Made by a program: the position numbers and the translations under genes. A stretch of 32,000 nt of DNA. Source: Geobacter metallireducens GS-15 (GTDB lineage Bacteria; Desulfobacterota; Desulfuromonadia; Geobacterales; Geobacteraceae). The notes under the pieces were generated by a model. That model searched no databases. It was not told the DNA's origin and saw only the letters and a list, made by a program, of their open reading frames with translations. Of the stretch, positions 8,791 to 17,229 are shown piece by piece (within the stretch, counting starts at the first letter, position 1; the number at the start of each line of letters is the position of its first letter). The stretch is from assembly GCF_000012925.1 (NCBI RefSeq), contig NC_007517.1, positions 2,460,001 through 2,492,000 of the forward strand, in the 5' to 3' direction.

Positions 8791-11340
8791 CTACAGACCT
8801 GCCGCTACTATCACCCCGGCCGCAAGGGCCAGGTTGCCGAGGATGACGGCTATATCCTTGATTTCCCGCATCCAGGCAATTCTCTCGAATCTCTGGGGCA
8901 CTATGACGGTGTCGCCCGGCTCCAGGGTCGTTGACATGAAACCGCCGAAGGTCCAGCGACGCTGGGAGTCACTCCAGTTGATGCCAAAGGACGACTGCTG
9001 GCGGCTCAAGACCGTCCCGTCGGCGCGGACGATATAGATGTCGCACTTTTCCGCGTTTCGGGTCGGACCGCCCGCCTTCTCCAGATAGAACGCCACATCC
9101 TCATTGTTCTCGGGGATAAAGCTGGTCGGGTTGTAGACCTGCCCAAGGACGCTCACGGCATGGGGCTGCGGGGGCACTTCCAGCGTGTCTCCCCCCATGA
9201 GTTCCACGTCGGAGGCAGTTCCCTTGAACGCGTCGGGTTGTTCCAGACGGATCACCAGCCGCCCTTCCGCCTTCGCCGTCTTCAGCAGCGCCACGGAGCG
9301 CTGCAGGCTCTCCAGGGCCGCCTTGGTTGCCTCCACTTCCTCCTTGGAGGATGCGGTCGTGGCCAGCTCGGCCTGTTTTTTCAGGATCTCCTGCTCGGAG
9401 GCGGCCACCATCTCATCCATCCTCTTCTGCTGCAGCTCCCGAAGGGGCTCCCTGGTGTATTTGGCGGCGCGCAGGTATGCCTTGTCCGTAAAGCCGCCGG
9501 CACGCTCGATCAGGGCGCTCAGCTTTTCCCCCTTGTGAATCGGATAGACGCCGGGGAACCTGAACTCGCCGCGCAGCGTGACGTATCGCTCCTTTTCCTC
9601 GGCCCAGTTGGGGATTTTCCTGATGGTCACCTCGTCAAAAGGGGCGAGCACCAGGTTGTCCTTCGGATCGCCCTTCAGGGCCTGTTCCAGATTGATGACG
9701 ATGGGAAACGATGAAACCGACTCGCCGGTCTTGGATATCCGGTTGATCTCGGCGTTTTTCAGATAGGCGGAGGTCTTGAGGTTGCCGGCCTCCATGAGGA
9801 GATCGCGGACCGTCATGTTGGCGAAGAGCCGATATTCTCCCGGCCGCTGCACCTCGCCGTTCACCTTGACCTTCGGCATCTCCTCCATCTCCCAGCGGGA
9901 GAAGATCCGCACCTCGTCGAACTCCTTCAGTTCCAGGTCGTGCTCGGGATCGCCCGCAAGCGCCTTGGCGACACTGACGAATATTTTTTCCAGATGGGAA
10001 TCCGGCGGGTAGAGCCGGGTTATTTCCGCGGCATCCTTGTAATATTCGGTGAGGAGATTGTCCTGGGACAGGAGCTGGCTCAGCCGCATGTGGGGCTGGA
10101 GCGCATAGACTCCGGGGCGGAGCACGTACCCGTCGAGCCGGACATGGTCACGGAGGGTGGCGTTGATGGGGAATATCTTGACGATATCCATATCCTGGAT
10201 CGCTATCCCCTGTACGATCTGATCCAGGGATTTCCCCGCCCCTTTCGGATCGATGTTGAAATCGGCAACCATCCGTTTGTCATGGGCGTCGACCCTGGTG
10301 ATCTGCACCCTCTGCAGATAGCCGGTGGGAAGGAACCCTTCCGCCAGCTCAACCAGATCGCCGAGGTTCTTTTCGTCCTTCAGTTCATAGATGGCGGGGC
10401 GCTTCACGTTGCCGGCGATTCCGGCGACCCTGCCGATGACCGGCACGAAGATGGTGTCGCCGGGTTGGAGACGGATGTCCTTTCCCTTGTCCCCCTTGAG
10501 GAAGAAATCGTAGAGATCGACCGTTTCCACGACCTTCCCCCCACGCTTGATCTTGATATTTCTCAGGGTGCCGGTTTTCAGGGGGCCGCCCGATGCGGCA
10601 AGGGCGTTGATCAGCGTCGAGAGCGGGCTCAGGTTGTAGTCGCCGGGCATCTTCACCTCGCCGACCACGTACACCTTGATGACACGCAGCTTGCCCATGG
10701 TCACATTCAGGTCGAAATTCTTGTATATCTTCGACAAATGGGTTTTCAGCACCTCCGGCAGCCGCTCGAAGGTGATTCCCCATACCTTAACGCTCCCCAC
10801 CCGCGGAAGCACGATTTCCCCGCTCCGGTTCACCTCCAGTTCGTGGGTGCCTTCGGCGCTCCCCCAGAGGTTCAGGATGATCCGGTCTCCCGGGCCGATA
10901 ACGTAATCGGGGCCCACCGGGATATCGGCAAGGGGAGCGAAACCGGCCGCGGCTGGCCTGAAGAAGTTGTACCCGAACTGCCTGAGCTCCTGAACCTCGT
11001 AGGGCTGAGGGCGGGTATTGTCTTCTGCGCCGGCTTTGGCAATAACGCTTTTTTCAATGGCGGAAAGCTCATCCGCATCCGCGGAGGATTCTTTTGCCGT
11101 TACCGTCTTGCCTTCTTCAGTATTTTTCCGTGGGGATGAAGCCTCTGCCGGGGGCGAGGCCTTGGCAGCCGACGATAGGGATGTAAACGTTGGCAAGGCT
11201 GCGGCAGGGCGGTGTGGGGAGGCCTGTGGCAACTCCCGGGACAGGGTTGGGAAAAATTCCGCGGCGAAAACCAAGTGAATACCGCACAACACCCCGACCA
11301 ACCCGAGAAGGGCACAGAAAAACGAATTTCCTCTTTTCAA
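8791..11340 (-). CDS. Polysaccharide export protein, Wza/GumB-like Poly_export domain followed by multiple SLBB domains
   Basis: 849-aa ORF with a TTG start at 11340 preceded by AAGGAGAA. It has a signal sequence and YVIGPGDRIILNLWG (Poly_export motif). It also has repeated SLBB-like blocks (VxVxGEVxxPGxY, LxPGDTIxVP) and a terminal TM. Confidence 0.9.
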   Translation of the reverse strand: MKRGNSFFCALLGLVGVLCGIHLVFAAEFFPTLSRELPQASPHRPAAALPTFTSLSSAAKASPPAEASSPRKNTEEGKTVTAKESSADADELSAIEKSVIAKAGAEDNTRPQPYEVQELRQFGYNFFRPAAAGFAPLADIPVGPDYVIGPGDRIILNLWGSAEGTHELEVNRSGEIVLPRVGSVKVWGITFERLPEVLKTHLSKIYKNFDLNVTMGKLRVIKVYVVGEVKMPGDYNLSPLSTLINALAASGGPLKTGTLRNIKIKRGGKVVETVDLYDFFLKGDKGKDIRLQPGDTIFVPVIGRVAGIAGNVKRPAIYELKDEKNLGDLVELAEGFLPTGYLQRVQITRVDAHDKRMVADFNIDPKGAGKSLDQIVQGIAIQDMDIVKIFPINATLRDHVRLDGYVLRPGVYALQPHMRLSQLLSQDNLLTEYYKDAAEITRLYPPDSHLEKIFVSVAKALAGDPEHDLELKEFDEVRIFSRWEMEEMPKVKVNGEVQRPGEYRLFANMTVRDLLMEAGNLKTSAYLKNAEINRISKTGESVSSFPIVINLEQALKGDPKDNLVLAPFDEVTIRKIPNWAEEKERYVTLRGEFRFPGVYPIHKGEKLSALIERAGGFTDKAYLRAAKYTREPLRELQQKRMDEMVAASEQEILKKQAELATTASSKEEVEATKAALESLQRSVALLKTAKAEGRLVIRLEQPDAFKGTASDVELMGGDTLEVPPQPHAVSVLGQVYNPTSFIPENNEDVAFYLEKAGGPTRNAEKCDIYIVRADGTVLSRQQSSFGINWSDSQRRWTFGGFMSTTLEPGDTVIVPQRFERIAWMREIKDIAVILGNLALAAGVIVAAGL

Positions 11341-11403
11341 GGGATTCTCCTTTGCTCCCCACAGCCCTGTCGGAAATTCTGTTTTTCCTTGGTAAGGGTG
11401 TTA

Positions 11404-11438
11404 CCTGCCGGGGGGTCCGTGCGGACCCCCCCGGCAGG
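11404..11438 (-). terminator. GC-rich hairpin between the cytochrome-lipoprotein gene and the exporter gene
   Basis: CCTGCCGGGGGG-TCC / GGA-C-CCCCCCGGCAGG forms 12 bp plus 3 bp with one bulge and a 4-nt loop. It starts 18 nt after the stop at 11456. No U-tract follows, so it may be an attenuator or stabiliser rather than a full terminator. Confidence 0.4.
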
Positions 11439-11455
11439 TGCATTACGTTCCGGAA

Positions 11456-13426
11456 TCAGAAGTTCAGGGCTGTGGCAATGGCTTGAACCTGGGCAGCAGT
11501 CAGGGTCGACAGGAAGCCCATGCCGCCAACGTTGTTATTGATTGCAGCCTGAATCTGGGCTGCGGTTCTCATCCTCTTGGTCGACGTCGCCAACGGGTTG
11601 TGGCAGCCGGCACAGTTGGCTGCATACAGTGCCGCGCCGTCCAGGGCCGGAGCCGATGTCATGGCCGAAACCTGGGCCGACGGGGCGCTGGTGCCGGCAG
11701 CGTTCATGGCGGTGACCACGTAGAAATAGGTGGTGGATGCGGTCAGACCGGTCTGAACATAGGGAGAGGTGGCGTTGGCGATCAGGGTCCCGTTGGCCGG
11801 GGTAACGCCCGTGGTGGTGGACCAGTACAGGTTGTACGAGGTTGCGCCGGTAACGGCCGGCCAGGTGATGGTTACCTGATTGGCGCCGCCCGTGGCAGTC
11901 GCAACGGGAGCGGCCGGCACGGTCACCGCGGCGGCGGGAGTGGCCGAAACCTGGGCCGACGGGGCGCTTTCGCCGACGGCATTGACCGCAGTCACGACGT
12001 AGAAGTAGGTGGTGCCGTTGGTCAGGGCGGTCTGGACGTAGGGAGAGGTAACGCCGGCGATCAGGGTCCCGTTAGCCGGGGTAACGCCCGTGGTCGTGGA
12101 CCAGTACAGGTTGTACGAGGTGGCACCGGTGACGGCAGGCCAGGTGATGGTCACCTGATTGGCACCAGCGGCGGCACTTGCAACGGGAGCAGCCGGCACG
12201 GTCGCGACGGCGGAAGGAGTGGCCGAAACCTGGCCCGACGGGGCGCTCTCGCCAACGGCGTTAACCGCGGTCACGACGTAGAAGTAGGTGGTGCCGTTGG
12301 TGAGACCGGTCTGGGTGTAGGGAGAATTGACATTGGCGATCTTGGTCCCCGTTGCCGGGGTAACGCCCGTGGTCGTGGCCCAGTAGATATTGTACGACGT
12401 GGCACTGGACACGGCGCCCCAGGAGATGGTTACCTGCCCGGAACCGGCGGCGGCGGTTGCCGTGGGAGCTGACGGAACGGCCGCCGGAGGCGCTGCCCCT
12501 TCAATCGAGATCTTCGTGGCATTCAGTACGCCGTTGACAACGGTGCCTTCCACTTCCACCTTGACGCCGTTGGCGATCCCGGCAAGGGAAAGATTGCCCG
12601 CGTTAACCTTCGTGCCTGCCACCGTGAACGTATTGCCGGTAAGATTCTGGACAAAGCCCTCGACATCCACGTGCCCTTTGTGGTTATCGTCGACCTCGAC
12701 CCCCTCTTTGCGGGAGGAAACGCTGGTCGCCTTGAGGGTAGTGGCGGTGGCAGCCGTCATGGTCCCCTCGACCTTGACGAACGACCCAACGGCGGTGCCG
12801 GCCGGGAGGGTGATGCCGGTTGCGTCAACGGTCAGGCCGCCGATGGCGAAGCTGGTGGCCGTCGGCATGGCGGTGATGGTCCCTTTCATCTCAACAACCG
12901 TGGTCGGTGTCCAGTCGGGGAGATGCCGCTCGATGCGGGTTGCCTTGATCGTGCCGCTGGCATCCGCGTAGCCGCTTACCTGGACCATTTGTCCCGGCAT
13001 GGGGGCGCTGTTGAAATCGTCGAACACCGTTGCCGAATCGAACGTGATGTTCTGCCCCAGAACCGTCATGGTTTTCGCAACGCTGTCCACTGCCGCGATC
13101 GGCCCCTCGAGGGTATCGGAAAACTTGACATAGGTCGCCTTGGCGTGGGTACTGTCGCTGAATGTCCCCATAACCGTGACGACCATCCCTACCTTGAGCC
13201 CTCCGGCCACGTCACCGGGATTTTCCATGTCGGGGGTGAGGCCAGTGGTGTCGTATTCCACCCCGTTGACAAAAATGCTCCCCAGCTTGGTAATGGTCCC
13301 TTTGCTTACCCCCTGGCTGGCGACCGGCGCCGAACCGCCGCCCCCTCCTCCGCAACCTGCCATGACCATCACCCACACCATCATGAATGCGGCGACAAAC
13401 ACCTGGTACAACAATCGTCTTCTCAT
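11456..13426 (-). CDS. Lipoprotein: DUF5666-type repeats, 3 fibronectin type III domains, C-terminal monohaem class-I cytochrome c domain
   Basis: The ORF extends to 13591. The ATG at 13426 has a perfect AAGGAGGA 5 nt upstream and gives MRRRLLYQVFVAAFMMVWVMVMAGCGGGGGG (lipobox). Repeated blocks such as GTITKLGSIFVNGVEYD, VQVSGYADASGTIKATRIE and VEVEGTVVNGVLNATKISIE are DUF5666-like. There are three SYN[IL]YW...TTYFYVVTAVNA Fn3 units. CAGCH lies at 11600-11614, with a downstream GGMGF as a candidate Met ligand. Confidence 0.85.
   Translation of the reverse strand: MRRRLLYQVFVAAFMMVWVMVMAGCGGGGGGSAPVASQGVSKGTITKLGSIFVNGVEYDTTGLTPDMENPGDVAGGLKVGMVVTVMGTFSDSTHAKATYVKFSDTLEGPIAAVDSVAKTMTVLGQNITFDSATVFDDFNSAPMPGQMVQVSGYADASGTIKATRIERHLPDWTPTTVVEMKGTITAMPTATSFAIGGLTVDATGITLPAGTAVGSFVKVEGTMTAATATTLKATSVSSRKEGVEVDDNHKGHVDVEGFVQNLTGNTFTVAGTKVNAGNLSLAGIANGVKVEVEGTVVNGVLNATKISIEGAAPPAAVPSAPTATAAAGSGQVTISWGAVSSATSYNIYWATTTGVTPATGTKIANVNSPYTQTGLTNGTTYFYVVTAVNAVGESAPSGQVSATPSAVATVPAAPVASAAAGANQVTITWPAVTGATSYNLYWSTTTGVTPANGTLIAGVTSPYVQTALTNGTTYFYVVTAVNAVGESAPSAQVSATPAAAVTVPAAPVATATGGANQVTITWPAVTGATSYNLYWSTTTGVTPANGTLIANATSPYVQTGLTASTTYFYVVTAMNAAGTSAPSAQVSAMTSAPALDGAALYAANCAGCHNPLATSTKRMRTAAQIQAAINNNVGGMGFLSTLTAAQVQAIATALNF
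11648..12490 (-). repeat. In-frame tandem repeat, 279-nt unit x3 (Fn3 domains)
   Basis: accagtacaggttgtacgagg occurs at 11821 and 12100 (279 nt apart). A more diverged third copy lies near 12380. Copies 1 and 2 are near-identical over long stretches. Confidence 0.8.
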
Positions 13427-13750
13427 CGTGTCCTCCTTGACCCTTTGCTGTGTGACTTTGCCGACTGTTTCGTATGCGCAGATTGGCTCTGCGGCAACCC
13501 AGGGCAATAGTACCAGCAGCCCCCGGGTGAGGAGGTAGGTGCATGTCTGTTTTTGGATTAAGACATTCGAGAACCGGAGGCATGTCCGCACCCGCGGACT
13601 GACCGGCGTTAACTGTAGGATATCTTAGCAGGCCAATCAGGAAGGGAAGATAGGAGTACGTCTGTTTTTGAACTAGGAGTTTTTGGTAGAAACAGGGTAG
13701 GAATTCAGAGAAGCACAGTGCGGCGTAGTCCTACGGGGACGGATAACCGT

Positions 13751-13781
13751 GCAGGGGGCAAGGGAATCGGGCCCCCCCTGC
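13751..13781 (-). terminator. Hairpin downstream of the REC-histidine kinase gene
   Basis: GCAGGGGG...CCCCCTGC forms an 8-bp GC stem with a 15-nt loop, 24 nt after the stop at 13805. There is no U-tract. Confidence 0.3.
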
Positions 13782-13804
13782 GCGACCAAACAAGAGAGCA
13801 GGGA

Positions 13805-14950
13805 TCAAAGGCTGAAATAGAATGTCGCTCCAATCCCTTTCTCCCCCTCGGCCCAGATCTTGCCGCCATGGCGCTGGATTATCCGTGACGCCGTGGCGAG
13901 ACCGATGCCGAATCCGGCAATCTCGCGGTCACATTCGAGTCTCTGGAAGGGGAGGAAAAGCTTGTCGGCATCCTGTTGATCGAATCCGATCCCATTGTCA
14001 CGGACAAAATAGATGAGATCGTCCTCCTGGTTGACCATGCCGAACTCGATATGGGCATCTTCTTTTTTCATGGAGTACTTCAAGGCATTTTCGAAAAGAT
14101 TTTCAAGGACTATCCGCAGAAGTTCGGGGTCGCAAAAGCCTTTGACCCCTTCGGCGATTGAAAAAACCGCCCGGCAGTCCGGTTGCTGCAGGAGCAGGTT
14201 AGTTTTGATCTCATTAGCCATGCCGCTGAGATCCGACCAGCTTTTTTCCACACGCTTTCGCGAGTAGAGGGAGAATTTGAGCAGGACTCCGATGAGGTTG
14301 CTCATGCGGAGAACTTCCCGGTGTATGATCCCGAGATATTTCTTCCCCTCGTCGTTCAGGACCGCGGCGTGCATTTCGAGCAGCACCTGGGAGAAACCGC
14401 TGATGGATACCATGGGGGAACGGAGATCGTGGGCAACCGTGTAGTTGAATGCTTCAAGCTCACTGTTCGCCATCTCCAGGTCCGCCGCCTTGCGGGCCAG
14501 GTCAGCATTGAGGCTTCGAATCAGTTCGTTCTGCCGTGAAATCTCCTGTTGCGCCCTGATAATAGACAGCACCTTGTCCAGGACGGCGAAAATCTGCTGA
14601 ATATCGATGGGCTTCAGGATGTAGTGACTGATGCCGATCTCGATGGCTTGCAGCAACTGCTGCGTGTTGGCATAGGCAGTCAGGGCGATGATCTCGGTCT
14701 GGGGACTCAACGCCTTGATCTCCGCCGCCATCTTGAGGCCGTCGGTTACGGGCATGTTGATGTCGGTGATAACGATCTGGGGTAGATTCTGCCTGAATGC
14801 GACAAATCCCGATTGGCCGTCTTCAGCGACAATAATCCGCAACTCCGGATAACGACGTGAGATGATCAGGCTGAACATCTCACGGGTGCCCGGTTCATCT
14901 TCAACATAGAGAAGCGCTATCCCCCGCTCTTCAGCATCAGATGCCGTCAC
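13805..14950 (-). CDS. Hybrid two-component protein: N-terminal receiver (REC), coiled coil, HisKA, HATPase_c; no TM or sensor domain
   Basis: 381-aa ORF with a GTG start. The REC domain has LLYVEDEPGTREM...VITDINMPVTDGL...ALTAY. The H-box is FNYTVAHDLRSPM. N/G boxes are LENLFENALKYS, VRDNGIGFD and GFGIGLATASRII. Confidence 0.85.
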   Translation of the reverse strand: MTASDAEERGIALLYVEDEPGTREMFSLIISRRYPELRIIVAEDGQSGFVAFRQNLPQIVITDINMPVTDGLKMAAEIKALSPQTEIIALTAYANTQQLLQAIEIGISHYILKPIDIQQIFAVLDKVLSIIRAQQEISRQNELIRSLNADLARKAADLEMANSELEAFNYTVAHDLRSPMVSISGFSQVLLEMHAAVLNDEGKKYLGIIHREVLRMSNLIGVLLKFSLYSRKRVEKSWSDLSGMANEIKTNLLLQQPDCRAVFSIAEGVKGFCDPELLRIVLENLFENALKYSMKKEDAHIEFGMVNQEDDLIYFVRDNGIGFDQQDADKLFLPFQRLECDREIAGFGIGLATASRIIQRHGGKIWAEGEKGIGATFYFSL

Positions 14951-15127
14951 ATTTCACCCCTATCCTGAACATTGCGCCGTCGTGAGTGTTGGGATCAGCC
15001 AATAATCTGAAATAGTATACCCGCCCGCCTCACCTTCCTCAACCATCGAGAATTGAGAGGCCGGCTTGCATACTCCGGAAACCTCATTACAATTCAATTT
15101 CAGAGACATATTTTCAAGGAGGAAAAT

Positions 15128-16435
15128 ATGCCCGGAAACCATATGGTACTCGAAAGTCCCCACCGCGCGGACGAGGACGCCGTTGCAGCCCTCTCCTTTC
15201 TGGAAAAAGTGCTGGCAGGGTATCATCCGCGTGATTTCGAGGTTCGCCTCTGGGACGGCACGCTTCTCAAGGCCGAAGAGAAGCCCCGCTTCACCATGGT
15301 ACTCAACCACCCCGGCGTCCTCCGCGGAATGTTCCTGAATCCCAGCCAGATAACCCTCGGCGAGGCGTTCGTCCGCAAGGACTTCGACATCGAAGGGGAC
15401 GTGGTCGCGGCCTTTGCCCTCGGTGACTATCTAATGGGTCTCCATTGGGGGATTCTCGACCGGTTCCGCATGGGCAGGGACCTCTTCACCCTCCCGGCAA
15501 CGGCAAAGCCGTCACGTCCCGGCCACGCCTCCGCTCATCTGTCCGGGTCCGTGCATTGCAAAAAAAGGGACAGCCAGGCCATCGCCTTTCATTACAACGT
15601 CTCAAACGACTTCTACCGCCTCTGGCTGGACGAACGGATGGTCTATTCCTGCGCCTACTTCACGTCCACCAGCGATGAACTCGACGCTGCCCAGGAGCGA
15701 AAACTCGACTACATCTGCCGCAAACTGAGGCTGAAACCGGGAGAGCGACTGCTGGACATCGGCTGTGGCTGGGGTGGGCTGGTGCTCCATGCCGCACGTA
15801 ATTACGGCGTTAAGGCCCACGGTATAACCCTCAGCCGTCCCCAGGCGGAACTGGCCGGCGAGCGCATCCGGGCCGCCGGACTGGAAGATAGCTGTCGAGT
15901 GGAGGTAAAGGATTACCGGGAACTGGAGGGGCAGGGAATCTACGACAAGATCGTGAGTGTCGGGATGTTCGAGCACGTGGGGAAAGCACGCCTTGAGGAA
16001 TACTTCGCCCGTGCCTTCCGGCTTCTCGGAACCGGCGGGGCGTTTCTCAACCATGGGATTGCCGCCGGTCAGGGCTACTGTCCCGACGACGACAACTCGT
16101 TCATTGACCGCTACGTCTTTCCGGACGGCGAACTGCTGCCGGTCGACGTCACGCTCCACGCCGCCGCCGCGGCCGGCTTTGAAGCGCGCGACCTGGAAAG
16201 CCTGCGGGAACACTATGCCCTTACCCTGCGCCACTGGATAAAACGTCTGGACGCCGCGGCAACGGAAGCCTTCATCGCTGCCAGCGAGACAACTTTCCGC
16301 GTCTGGCGCCTCTACATGGCAGGCTCCGCCCATGCTTTCGACTGCAATCGAATCAATATCTACCAGGCCCTGCTTGCGAAACCGGACAAGGGGAAAAGCG
16401 GACAGCCCTTGACCCGTGCCGACTGGTACGCCTGA
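15128..16435 (+). CDS. cfa: Cyclopropane-fatty-acyl-phospholipid synthase family (CMAS) SAM-dependent methyltransferase
   Basis: The ORF starts at 15053. The ATG at 15128 follows AAGGAGGA. Motifs are HYNVSNDFYRLWLDERMVYSCAYF, LLDIGCGWGGLVLHAA and VSVGMFEHVG. The substrate (lipid or other) cannot be read from the sequence. Confidence 0.85.
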   Translation: MPGNHMVLESPHRADEDAVAALSFLEKVLAGYHPRDFEVRLWDGTLLKAEEKPRFTMVLNHPGVLRGMFLNPSQITLGEAFVRKDFDIEGDVVAAFALGDYLMGLHWGILDRFRMGRDLFTLPATAKPSRPGHASAHLSGSVHCKKRDSQAIAFHYNVSNDFYRLWLDERMVYSCAYFTSTSDELDAAQERKLDYICRKLRLKPGERLLDIGCGWGGLVLHAARNYGVKAHGITLSRPQAELAGERIRAAGLEDSCRVEVKDYRELEGQGIYDKIVSVGMFEHVGKARLEEYFARAFRLLGTGGAFLNHGIAAGQGYCPDDDNSFIDRYVFPDGELLPVDVTLHAAAAAGFEARDLESLREHYALTLRHWIKRLDAAATEAFIAASETTFRVWRLYMAGSAHAFDCNRINIYQALLAKPDKGKSGQPLTRADWYA

Positions 16436-16604
16436 ATTCTCATGCAGGCAGCCAGCGCATGATCAGACCGCCCCCCTCTTCGGCCATGGGGTTGAATCAA
16501 GACGTTACACCGTCAAATGAACCGTAGCAGCAGAAAGGCTCCGATCGGCAGCAGGGCAAATACCATCCACATAGATCATTTGCGGCTTCCCTTCTGCGGC
16601 GGCC

Positions 16605-16744
16605 TCATACCTGGCGCGGCGCAAACATGATGATGGCCATGCCGACCAATGAACGTTTTTCCTCAACCAGAGGTACGGCAGATAACAGCCGAGAATCCCG
16701 GCGAGAGCCGTCAGAACGAACAGCCCCAGGGTCTTTATGAACAT
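16605..16744 (-). pseudogene. ynfA: YnfA/UPF0060-family membrane protein remnant (internal deletion plus frame change)
   Basis: The first 30 codons, [30 protein letters not shown], match the YnfA N-terminus. The next 16 codons in the adjacent frame (16652-16605) read [15 protein letters not shown], the typical YnfA C-terminal end. About 60 central codons (TM2-TM3) are absent. The annotated 79-aa ORF continues in a frame with no family resemblance. Confidence 0.5.
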
Positions 16745-16822
16745 GAGTACTCCTGCGTTGATTTTTCGGGAAAAAATCTCAACAAGATAAATGGTGAGGC
16801 AAGTGGAGACATGCCTGCGGCC

Positions 16823-17203
16823 TCACATGAACATTCTGGCAAAAAACAGAGAGCAAATGATCCAAACGGTAATGACCGTGGCGGCCGCCAAGCGGCTGAC
16901 TGGCCGTTCGGTGGCCTTGGATGCTGCTTCTCTGTGTTCCGCCATTACTTCGTACGGTATCAGCCGGACAACAAGCAGGATGCCGAGCGGCACGATCACC
17001 AGATCGTCCAGGTAGCCGAGCACTGGGATAAAATCCGGAATCAAGTCGATGGGTGACACAGCATAGGCAGCTACGACCAGCGCAAGAGCCTTGGCGAACC
17101 AAGGTGTGTGTGGGTCCCGGGCGGCAAGCCAGACTGCATGCACATCCCGTTTGATTGTACGCGCCCATTGCCTTGCGTTGGAGATCAGCCTTGTTGTTGT
17201 CAT
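16823..17203 (-). CDS. DUF1232 (YkvA-like) membrane protein
   Basis: 126-aa ORF with the signature AAYAVSPIDLIPDFIPVLGYLDDLVIVPLGI and a second C-terminal TM. Confidence 0.8.
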   Translation of the reverse strand: MTTTRLISNARQWARTIKRDVHAVWLAARDPHTPWFAKALALVVAAYAVSPIDLIPDFIPVLGYLDDLVIVPLGILLVVRLIPYEVMAEHREAASKATERPVSRLAAATVITVWIICSLFFARMFM

Positions 17204-17229
17204 AGTGGGGTCTTCTCAGTACGTTACTT

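Noticed and set aside
13501-13516. Sigma54-like TGGTAC..TTGC on the minus strand upstream of the lipoprotein gene
   Set aside because: The GG-to-GC spacing is 9 nt instead of the required 12. A similar GGCCGGCTTGCA upstream of cfa (about 15059-15070) fails for the same reason.
13427-13804. GEMM-I (c-di-GMP/cGAMP) riboswitch, which is common upstream of Geobacter cytochrome genes
   Set aside because: I read the minus-strand leader for the paired GNRA-tetraloop/receptor hairpins and the ACGCAAAGC-type core and did not find them. A covariance-model scan is still needed to exclude other RNA families.
16513-16572. 19-codon hydrophobic [22 protein letters not shown] downstream of the ynfA remnant
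   Set aside because: It could be a small membrane peptide, but it is too short, has no RBS and matches no family motif. It may be further out-of-frame debris.
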